From positions 14,235 through 78,234 of the forward strand of contig NZ_DASXJD010000196.1 in the NCBI RefSeq assembly GCF_036497585.1: DNA of 64,000 nucleotides. The letters are read 5' to 3'. Shown piece after piece: positions 52,260 through 64,000 of this stretch. The notes below the pieces were generated by a model. The model saw only the letters and a list, made by a program, of their open reading frames with translations, searched no databases and was not told the DNA's origin. Both the position numbers and the translations under genes were made by a program. This DNA is from Actinomycetospora sp. Lineage in GTDB: Bacteria > Actinomycetota > Actinomycetes > Mycobacteriales > Pseudonocardiaceae. Position 1 is the first letter of the stretch. Every line of letters starts with the position of its first letter.

Positions 52260-53747
52260 GTGCGGGGGATGGGCGGGCACAGCGCCGGCGGGACCCGTAC
52301 CGCCCCGCCCACACCGTCCCGGGTGCACGCCCACCGGGTCGTCGCCCGGCGCCTGGAGTCCGCGCTCGTCGGGCGCGACCCGCACGCCGACCCCACGGGC
52401 GGCGACCCCGGCCGGACCCGTCGTCGGGCCCTCGTCGTCGGGGCGCTGCTCGGGGCGCTCGCCCTCGGCGCCGCCGCGGTCGTCGGGCTGGTCCGGGGCG
52501 ACACCGACTGGCGCGCCGCCGCGATCGTGCGCGGCACACCGTCGGCCACCCTCTACGTCGTCGCCCACGGTCCGGACCGCCTGGTGCCGACGACCGACCT
52601 CGCCTCGGCCCGCCTGCTCGCCGCCGGGGTGGACCCGTCGCGGACCGACCCGTCGTCGGGAGGCGGCTCCCTCGACCCCACCCCCGTCCGCGACGACGTG
52701 CTCGCCGGCGCCCCGCGCACCGCGCCGGCCGGCCTGGCCGGCGCGCCGGCCGAGCTCCCGGACCGCGACGCTCCGGTCTCGGCCGACGCCTGGGCGGTCT
52801 GCGACGCCGTGCGCCCGCCGGGGGACCCCGACGCCGGCCGCCGCGCGACGGCGGTGCTGGGCGGCTTCCCCGGGCTCGGCCGGCCGCTCGCGGGCGAGCA
52901 GGCGGTGCTGGCGCGCGGCGACGACGGGGTGACGTGGCTGGTCGCCGACGGGCACCGGGCGGCGCTCGACCCGACGCAGGGGGCGGTGGTGCGCGCCCTC
53001 GGGATCGCCGGTGAACCCGCCCGCGCGGCGGGGACGGCGCTGCTGGGCACGCTCCCGGTCGGCGCCCCGCTCGTCCCGCCGCGGGTGCCCGGGGTCGGGC
53101 TCCCGCCCGGCGACCAGGAGACGCGGGCCCTCGGCCTCCCCGTGGGGTCGGTGGCGACGGTGGGACCGGGGCAGCGGTTCGTCCTCGTGCTCGACCGCGG
53201 CGTGCAGGACGTCCCGGCGGTCGTCGCGCAGCTCGTCCGGTTCGCCGACCCGACCCCGGGCGCCGACCCGGGCATCGCCACGGTCCCCGCGGCGGCGCTC
53301 GACCGGGTGCCCCGCGCCGTCGGGGTCGACCTCGGCGCCTACCCCCGGGCCTTCCCGAGGCTCCTGGGCGTGGCCGACGCGCCGGTGGTGTGCGCCCGGC
53401 CGTCGGCGGCGCCGGGCAGCGGCACGGCCCTCACCGTCGCGGGGACGCTGCCCACCCCGGTGCCGCCGACGCCGGCCTCGGACCCGACGATCCCCGGCCC
53501 GCGGGCGGTCGACGCCGTGCGGATCGCGGGGGCGGGCGCCTACGTCGTGCCGGTCGGGCCGGGCGAGGCCCCGGACCCGGGCCGCGGCGTCGTCGTCGAC
53601 CCGGTCGGGCGGGTGTTCCCCGTCGCCGACGTGCGCGCGGCGACCGCGCTCGGGCTCGGCGCGCCGCGGCCGGCGCCGCGCAGCGTCGTCGGGTTGCTCC
53701 CGCGCGGGCCCGCCCTCGACCTGGACGCGGCGCGCACGCTGCGGTGA
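52260..53747 (+). CDS. EccB-like (type VII secretion EccB family) membrane-anchored protein, orphan
   Basis: In the frame of ORF 51618..53747. Translation HRVVARRLESALVGRD..., one TM helix (ALVVGALLGALALGAAAVVGL), and a Pro/Ala-rich exported domain ending ...ATALGLGAPRPAPRSVVGLLPRGPALDLDAA, as in EccB C-termini. Start is 52260 or 52269. Confidence 0.55.
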   Translation: MRGMGGHSAGGTRTAPPTPSRVHAHRVVARRLESALVGRDPHADPTGGDPGRTRRRALVVGALLGALALGAAAVVGLVRGDTDWRAAAIVRGTPSATLYVVAHGPDRLVPTTDLASARLLAAGVDPSRTDPSSGGGSLDPTPVRDDVLAGAPRTAPAGLAGAPAELPDRDAPVSADAWAVCDAVRPPGDPDAGRRATAVLGGFPGLGRPLAGEQAVLARGDDGVTWLVADGHRAALDPTQGAVVRALGIAGEPARAAGTALLGTLPVGAPLVPPRVPGVGLPPGDQETRALGLPVGSVATVGPGQRFVLVLDRGVQDVPAVVAQLVRFADPTPGADPGIATVPAAALDRVPRAVGVDLGAYPRAFPRLLGVADAPVVCARPSAAPGSGTALTVAGTLPTPVPPTPASDPTIPGPRAVDAVRIAGAGAYVVPVGPGEAPDPGRGVVVDPVGRVFPVADVRAATALGLGAPRPAPRSVVGLLPRGPALDLDAARTLR

Positions 53748-53767
53748 CCCGGCTCCTTCGTGCCAGG

Positions 53768-53815
53768 AACGGCACGATCCTGGCGTCGGACGCCAGGACG
53801 GCGCCGTTCGCACAC
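53768..53815. repeat. structured palindromic repeat element, copy B (probable bidirectional terminator)
   Basis: AACGGCACGAT-CCTGGCGTCGGACGCCAGG-ACGGCGCCGTTCGCACA. Inner 9-bp stem plus outer stem AACGGC/GCCGTT. It sits in the 76-bp gap between convergent genes. Confidence 0.65.
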
Positions 53816-53823
53816 CCGGCCGC

Positions 53824-54744
53824 TCAGCGCTCCCAGGGACCGCCGAGGTTCGGGCCGCCCGCGACGCCGCCGGTGCCCCCGGGGCCACCGCCCGGGTCGC
53901 GCCGGCGCAGGTAGCGCTCGAAGTCGGCGGCGATCTCCTCGCCGCTGGCCTCGGTGAGGTCGCTCTCGGCGTCCCCGGCCTCCTCGAGGGCCTTGACGTA
54001 CTCGCGGACCTCGTCGTCCTCGTCGGCCATCTCCGAGACCGTGCGCTCCCACTTCTCGGCCTGGTCGGGCAGCCCGCCCAGCGGCACCTCGACGTCGAGG
54101 ACCTCCTCGACGCGCTGCAGCAGCGCGATCGTCGCCTTCGGCGCCGGCGGCTGGGACACGTAATGCGGGACCGCGGCCCAGAACGAGATCGCCGGGATGC
54201 CGGCCTGCACGCACGCGTCCTGCAGCACCCCGGTGATCCCGGTGGGGCCCTGGTAGCGGGAGCGCGAGAGGCCGTAGCGGGCCGCCGAGGCCTTGTCGAA
54301 CGACGACCCGGTGACCGGCACCGGGCGGGTGTGCGGGGTGTCGGCGAGCAGCGCGCCGAGGGTGATCACCGTGGTGATGCCGAGCTCCTCGGCCTTGGTG
54401 ATGATCTCCGCGACGAACGATCGCCAGCGCATGTTCGGTTCGATGCCCCGGACGAGGACGAGGTCGCGCTCGGAGCCCGGGGGGCGGCACAGCGTGAAGC
54501 GGGTGGTCGGCCAGTCGATGGCGCGGCTGATCCCGTCGACGAGCCGGACCGTCGGGCGCGAGACCTGGAAGTCGTAGTAGTCCTCGGGGTCGATCGCGCC
54601 CAGCTCGATCGCGTCCCAGTTCAGCGCGAGGTGCTCGACGGCCGTGCTGGCCGCGTCGCCGGCGTCGTTCCAGCCCTCGAACGCGCAGAGCATGACCGGA
54701 TCGGACAGCTCGCGCGGGGGTTCGAGGTGATCGGAGTCGGACAC
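53824..54744 (-). CDS. PAC2 family protein (proteasome assembly chaperone-like)
   Basis: Translation MLCAFEGWNDAGDAAS..., DYYDFQVSRP..., GIEPNMRWR. 306 aa. Confidence 0.88.
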   Translation of the reverse strand: MSDSDHLEPPRELSDPVMLCAFEGWNDAGDAASTAVEHLALNWDAIELGAIDPEDYYDFQVSRPTVRLVDGISRAIDWPTTRFTLCRPPGSERDLVLVRGIEPNMRWRSFVAEIITKAEELGITTVITLGALLADTPHTRPVPVTGSSFDKASAARYGLSRSRYQGPTGITGVLQDACVQAGIPAISFWAAVPHYVSQPPAPKATIALLQRVEEVLDVEVPLGGLPDQAEKWERTVSEMADEDDEVREYVKALEEAGDAESDLTEASGEEIAADFERYLRRRDPGGGPGGTGGVAGGPNLGGPWER

Positions 54745-54816
54745 CTGCGCCAGCTTACGGGTCGTGACGAGGCTCGCAGGAGAACCGGTTGACCGCGCCG
54801 GTCACGTTACGATCGT

Positions 54817-58373
<3,557 letters not shown>

Positions 58374-58377
<4 letters not shown>

Positions 58378-59051
58378 GCCGGTTGGCCGCCGTCCTGTGG
58401 GACATGGACGGCACGCTGGTCGACTCGGAGGGTCTCTGGTCGATCTCGATGGCCGAGCTCGCCGCCGACCTGGGCGGCGAGCTCTCGGCCGCGACCCGGG
58501 ACGAGCTCACCGGCTCCAGCCTGCGCAACACGGTGGTGACGGTGCGCCGCGAGCTCGGGATCCGCGATCCCGAGGACGAGGCGGGCGTGGCCCGCGACGG
58601 GCGGTGGCTCCTGGACCGCACGTTCGCGCTCTTCAGCGAGGGGCTGCCGTGGCGTCCCGGTGCGCGGGAGGCCCTCGAGGTCGTCCGCGAGGCCGGGCTG
58701 CGCACCGCGCTGGTGACCAGCACCTACCGCGAGCTCACCGAGGTCGCGCTGGACACCCTCGGGCGGGGCTTCTTCGACGTGACGGTCTGCGGGGACGAGG
58801 TGGCGGCCACCAAGCCCGATCCCGCGCCGTACCTGCGGGCCGCGGACCTGCTCGGCGTCGAGCCGGCGCGCTGCGTCGCGGTCGAGGACTCGTCGGCGGG
58901 TGCGACGGCGGCCGAGGGGGCCGGCGCCACCGTGCTCGTGGTGCCCGCCGGGGTCGAGGTCCCGCCCGGAGAGCGGCGCACCTTTCGCGGCACCCTCGAC
59001 GGTCTCGGGGTCGGCGAGCTGCGGTCGCTCCTGGCCGCCGGGGTGCATTAG
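58374..59051 (+). CDS. HAD-IA family hydrolase
   Basis: ATGA overlap with the metH stop. [17 protein letters not shown], and EDS in VEDSSAG. Confidence 0.85.
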
Positions 59052-59173
59052 CCCGTCCGGCCCAGCGCTGTGCCGCCGAGCGCGTTGCGCCTACCGACCG
59101 TCGCCGACCGCTTGCCTTGCGAGGACCCGAACGGCGAGCGCATTCCACACCGGTGGTGCGACCATCATGTGAC

Positions 59174-59437
59174 GTGAAGACGTTCGAGGGGCTTTTCGAG
59201 GAGCTCAGCACCAAGGCACGGGAGCGGCCGGCGGGATCGGGCACGGTCGCCGCGCTCGATGACGGTGTGCACGCACAGGGCAAGAAGGTGCTCGAGGAGG
59301 CTGGTGAGGTGTGGCTGGCCGCCGAGCACGAGACCGACGACAAGCTGGCGGAGGAGATCTCCCAGCTGCTCTACCGCACCCAGGTGATCATGCTCGGACG
59401 TGGCCTCTCGCTCGAGGACGTCTACAAGTACCTCTGA
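59174..59437 (+). CDS. hisE: phosphoribosyl-ATP diphosphatase
   Basis: GTG 59174. Translation [29 protein letters not shown]...[17 protein letters not shown]...[13 protein letters not shown]. Confidence 0.9.
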   Translation: MKTFEGLFEELSTKARERPAGSGTVAALDDGVHAQGKKVLEEAGEVWLAAEHETDDKLAEEISQLLYRTQVIMLGRGLSLEDVYKYL

Positions 59438-59498
59438 CCCTGCCCGCCCCGTGACACCACGGGCGCGAGCTTGATCGCGCCCGCCAGGAGAGACAGCC

Positions 59499-60482
59499 AT
59501 GCTCCGCGTCGCCGTCCCGAACAAGGGATCCCTCGCCGACGAGGCGTCGCGCATGCTGCGCGACGCCGGCTACCGGCAACGGTCGGACAACCGCGACCTG
59601 TCCCTGACCGACGAGGCGAACGGGGTGCAGTTCTTCTACCTGCGGCCCAAGGACATCGCGACCTACGTCTCCGAGGGCCAGCTGCACCTCGGCATCACCG
59701 GGCACGACCTCACCGAGGAGTCCTCGGCCTCGGTCAACGAGGTGCTCGAGCTCGGCTTCGGTCAGTCCCAGTTCCGCTACGCCGCCCCGGTGGGGAACGC
59801 CTGGAGCATCCAGGACCTCGCCGGCAAGCGGATCGCCACGTCGTTCCCGCGGCTCGTCCGGGCCAACCTGGCCCAGCAGCGGATCGCCGCCAAGGACGTC
59901 ATCCGGCTCGACGGGGCCGTCGAGGTCTCGATCGAGCTCGAGGTGGCCGACGCCATCGCCGACGTCGTCTCCACCGGTCGCACGCTCGCCCAGCACGGCC
60001 TGGAGACCATCGGCGAGCCGATCCTCGCCTCGCAGGCCGTGGTGGTCGATCGCAACGCGAAGTTCGACCAGCAGCCCGATCCGGACGACATCCTCAAGGC
60101 CAAGTACCGGTTCGTCGAGCGGCTGCGCGGCGTCGTGTTCGCCCGCCAGTACGTGATGCTCGACTACGACTGCCCGGAGGCGGTGCAGGAGGACGCCGTC
60201 CGCGTGACGCCTGGCGTGCAGGCGCCGACAGTCGCGCCGCTCTCGCTCGACGGCTGGGTCGCGGTGCGGGCGATGGTGCGGCGCACTCGGGTCAACGACG
60301 TCATGGACGAGCTGGCCGACCTGGGCTGCACCGGCATCGTCACCGCGTCGCTGCAGTCGTGCCGGGCGGTGCTCCCCGGGCACGGCGGGGTCAGCTCGAT
60401 CCCGGGCGCGACGCCGCCGCCGGCCGAGGCGCCGTCGTCGTCCGACGCGGGCACCAGCCGGTTGGGCGTGGGCGGGCGCTGA
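59499..60482 (+). CDS. hisG: ATP phosphoribosyltransferase (long form)
   Basis: Translation MLRVAVPNKGSL..., DIATYVSEG, DVVSTGRTL. Carries a roughly 40-aa Pro/Ser-rich extension after the conserved ...SCR end. Confidence 0.92.
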   Translation: MLRVAVPNKGSLADEASRMLRDAGYRQRSDNRDLSLTDEANGVQFFYLRPKDIATYVSEGQLHLGITGHDLTEESSASVNEVLELGFGQSQFRYAAPVGNAWSIQDLAGKRIATSFPRLVRANLAQQRIAAKDVIRLDGAVEVSIELEVADAIADVVSTGRTLAQHGLETIGEPILASQAVVVDRNAKFDQQPDPDDILKAKYRFVERLRGVVFARQYVMLDYDCPEAVQEDAVRVTPGVQAPTVAPLSLDGWVAVRAMVRRTRVNDVMDELADLGCTGIVTASLQSCRAVLPGHGGVSSIPGATPPPAEAPSSSDAGTSRLGVGGR

Positions 60483-60507
60483 GTCGGGCCCCGGGTCCAG
60501 CGGGGGC

Positions 60508-61347
60508 CTAGCGCGGGCGGACGGTGAGGGCCTGCGCGGCCCGCCCGACGGGGCCCGCCTCGTCGTGCAGCACCGAGTACGCGGTCCCGGTGCCCTCGGG
60601 GCCGAGCACGCTGTCGGCGTCGAGCCCCGTCCACTCGCCCTGCGGGGCGCGGTGGAGGTGCAGCGTCAGATCGGTGTTGACGAAGAGCCACTGCCGCAGG
60701 TCGAGGCGGGAGGCCGCGCCGTTGGTGGAGTCGGCGACGGCGGCGAGGCGCTGGGTCGGTGACGGCTCCTCGCCCGCCACCACCTGCGTGAGCACCCGCC
60801 CCCAGGCGCGGCCCGGTCCGAGCTCGTCGAGCCCGCCGTCGAGCCAGCGCCAGTCGACCGAGGTGAGGTAGCCGGGCAGCCAGCCGTCGGGGAGGGCGCG
60901 CGGTCGGCCCTGCTCCCGATCGGGGAGGGCCGACATGGTCGTGCCGGGGACGGTGGCCACGCCCGCCGTGTCGACCACCCCGTGGAACCAGCCGGTCGCC
61001 CGCGCCACCGCCCGCGGCGTTCCCGAGGCCGGGTCGGGCGAGGCGAGCTCCGCGGTGACGAGCTCGATGGTGCGGCCGGCGCGGGCGACCCGGGAGCGCA
61101 GCTCCAGGGCGCCCACCGGCACCTTGCCGAGCACCTCCACCGTGACCCGGGCCAGGCGGACGTCGTCGCGCCCGGACTCCCGCTCGAGCGCCCGGACCAG
61201 CAGGGCGCTCGGCGGGCCCATGTGCTGGGCGTCGGGGAACCAGGGACCCGCCGTCGACCCGGAGGCCTCGACGCGGCTGATGGTGCCCTCCCGGTGGGTG
61301 TCCTCGTCCACGATGCGGAAGTACGGCTCGGGCGCGGGGGAGCTCAC
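60508..61347 (-). CDS. acyl-CoA thioesterase-like (double hot-dog) family protein
   Basis: 279 aa. Translation HMGPPSALLVRAL..., FVNTDLTLHLHR. Confidence 0.75.
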   Translation of the reverse strand: MSSPAPEPYFRIVDEDTHREGTISRVEASGSTAGPWFPDAQHMGPPSALLVRALERESGRDDVRLARVTVEVLGKVPVGALELRSRVARAGRTIELVTAELASPDPASGTPRAVARATGWFHGVVDTAGVATVPGTTMSALPDREQGRPRALPDGWLPGYLTSVDWRWLDGGLDELGPGRAWGRVLTQVVAGEEPSPTQRLAAVADSTNGAASRLDLRQWLFVNTDLTLHLHRAPQGEWTGLDADSVLGPEGTGTAYSVLHDEAGPVGRAAQALTVRPR

Positions 61348-62267
61348 GGGGCCGCAGTCTGCTCCTGATCGTCCCCGTGATCATCCGGGGCGGGGTCGGG
61401 CCAGCCCGGGTAGTCCGGCGGGGTGCCACCGAACGCCGGGCATGCGGCCTGGTGGGAGCACCAGGCGCACATCCGGCCGGGGTTCGGGCGGAAGTCGCCG
61501 GTGGGCGCCGCGCGCAGCACCGCCTGCCACAGCGCCACGAGGGTCCGCTCGAAGCGCGCCAGCTCCTCGTGGCCGGGGCGCAGGCTCAGGCTCTCCCCGT
61601 CCCCGAGGTACATCAGGCGCAGCTGGTCGGCCAGCACCCCTCGACTGCGCAGGAGCACGAGCGCGTAGAACTTCAGCTGGAAGAGCGCCCGGGCCTCGAA
61701 CACCGCCCGGGGTGCGGAGCCGGTCTTGTAGTCGACGATGCGCAGCTCGCCCCCGGCTCCGACGTCGAGCCGGTCGACGTAGCCGCGCAGCCCCACCCCG
61801 GAATCCAGTTCCGCCTCCAGGAACACCTCGCAGGCCTCCGGGGGGAGCCTCCTCGGGTCCTCCATGGCGAAGTAGGCGTCGACGAGCCGGGCGGCGTCGG
61901 CGCGGTCGAGCAGCGCCCGGTCCTCCCCGGTGAGCTCGGCGGCGACTTCGGCGAGCAGCGCGTGGGCCCGGGCCGGGACCCGCTGCGCGGCAGGCAGCCC
62001 GAAGAGGCGCTCCAGAACGGCGTGCACGACGATCCCGCGCACCTGGGCGGGCGAGCGCTGCTCGGGCAGCCGGTCGACCACCCGGAACCGGTAGAGCAGC
62101 GGGCACTGCTTGAAGTCCGCGGCGCGGGAGGGCGAGAGGGCGGGCCGACGGCGCGGGCGCTCCTCGTCGAGCCGGCGCGGGGTGACCGGGCGCGGCTCCT
62201 CCGGGGCCGGGCGGGGGAGCGGCACCGCGAGCTGCTGCTCGGCCGGGGCGCGGTCGGCGTCGATCAT
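61344..62267 (-). CDS. RecB-family PD-(D/E)XK exonuclease with C-terminal Cys cluster
   Basis: ATG 62267. Translation SPSRAADFKQCPLLYRFR, GYVDRLD...IVDYKTG, and the C-terminal CAWCSHQAACPAF. 4-bp overlap with the thioesterase start. Confidence 0.85.
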   Translation of the reverse strand: MIDADRAPAEQQLAVPLPRPAPEEPRPVTPRRLDEERPRRRPALSPSRAADFKQCPLLYRFRVVDRLPEQRSPAQVRGIVVHAVLERLFGLPAAQRVPARAHALLAEVAAELTGEDRALLDRADAARLVDAYFAMEDPRRLPPEACEVFLEAELDSGVGLRGYVDRLDVGAGGELRIVDYKTGSAPRAVFEARALFQLKFYALVLLRSRGVLADQLRLMYLGDGESLSLRPGHEELARFERTLVALWQAVLRAAPTGDFRPNPGRMCAWCSHQAACPAFGGTPPDYPGWPDPAPDDHGDDQEQTAAP

Positions 62268-62492
62268 GTCCGGGACGCTACGACGACCCCCCGACAGCCA
62301 CGTGGTGTTCCGCGGAGGACGGGGTCCGGCGGTCCGGGTCCGCTCGGCGGGCTCGACCGCCTTGCCGTCCCTCCCGCGGGAGGCGATCCACTTCTCGGGA
62401 GCGACACGCGCACGATCTGACCCGACCCGCGACCGAAGATCAGATCTTGACTTGCGGAGGAGCCGCGGGGCATCTGGCCGCGTCCAACCCGG

Positions 62493-63005
62493 GTGAAGGA
62501 CGATCGTCGTGAGGAACGACTCCGGGCCCTGCTCCGGGCCCAGGACGGCATGCTCAGCGTGCGGCAGGCGGAGGACGCCGGTCTCACCCCGGCAGCGATC
62601 GCCGGTCGGGTGCGGGCCGGCCAGTTGTTGCGGGACCTCAGCGGTGTGCTGCGGGCCGCGGACCACCCGGTCACCCCTCGGTCCCGGATTCGGGCGGCGA
62701 TGCTCTCGCTGGGCGACGAGGCGACGCTCGTCGGACGGAGTGGGGCGTACTGGTGGCGGATCATCGACGTCGCACCGGCCGAGATCCAGGTGGCGGTCCC
62801 GCACGGGAGCCGCCCGCGGCGGAGGCCGGGCGTCCGCATCGTCCGGCGTGCTGCGGACCCGGTCGATCGGGTGATCGTCGACGGGGTGGCCGTGACGAAG
62901 AAGCCGGCGACGGTACTCACCGCGGCGACGTCCTCGGGCCTCGTCGCGGGGGCATCTTGCGCGTGTCGCTCCCGACAAGTCGATCATGCTGCGACAGACC
63001 CCTGA
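62493..63005 (+). pseudogene. AbiEi-type antitoxin-like wHTH protein, C-terminally truncated
   Basis: LLRAQDGMLSVRQAEDAGLTPAAIAGRVRAGQLLRDLSGVLR...ATLVGRSGAYWW...VAVPHGSR fits the N-terminal AbiEi_4-type domain. It ends after about 170 aa in non-homologous sequence, without the usual DUF559-like C-terminal half. Confidence 0.45.

Positions 63006-64000
<995 letters not shown>

Noticed and set aside
54745-54816. Possible cobalamin riboswitch or long leader upstream of metH
   Set aside because: The gap is only 72 bp and contains no B12-box. A riboswitch would be expected on metE rather than metH. I saw only a weak TACGAT -10-like hexamer 6 nt before the start.
60360-60482. About 40-aa C-terminal extension of HisG beyond the conserved ...SCR end
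   Set aside because: GC3 stays high and no frameshift is needed. It is probably a genuine low-complexity tail. It is not informative without comparison to orthologues.

Overview
High-GC (visibly above 70%) actinobacterial chromosomal segment. All calls come from reading the sequence and the ORF translations. No database search, HMM or GC calculation was run, so family names are motif-level recognitions. Many long ORFs in the track are antisense shadows typical of high-GC DNA and were discarded. About two thirds of the window is conserved core. From 37 to 64 kb the gene order matches the M. tuberculosis Rv2118c-Rv2141c neighbourhood: M20 peptidase, uppP, the phosphomutase/DUF3090/SCO1664 triad, mshC, PAC2, metH, hisE, hisG, RecB-like nuclease and trmI. 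From 0 to 19 kb there is a copper module (P-type ATPase, CopD/CtaG fusion), azlCD, ilvA, htpG, a P450, a CDF exporter and an ArsR operon. Two regions look accessory. (1) 19.8-28.5 kb holds a tightly coupled minus-strand operon: a stand-alone NRPS A-T didomain whose hand-extracted specificity code is the canonical Leu code, a P450, a double GNAT-fold protein, a polytopic GT-C-like membrane protein and a YwaF-like membrane protein. It diverges from a GT2-GT4 fusion glycosyltransferase. It has no C or TE domain. This is my best candidate for an undescribed system, possibly carrier-protein-dependent (hydroxy)leucyl modification of an envelope glycoconjugate. (2) 29.6-37.0 kb, ending at the 3' end of tRNA-Leu(GAG), is a stress-type island. 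It carries a second zwf, a GreA-like factor, two inverted Hsp20 paralogues and unknown small proteins, plus several frameshifted or truncated genes. No integrase or att repeat was seen. Other items are a structured palindromic repeat present twice (once in-frame inside the CopD/CtaG gene), an orphan EccB-like gene, an AAA+/VWA pair, an ArsR promoter-operator, small ORFs translationally coupled to the P450 and the NRPS, and a truncated AbiEi-like gene.
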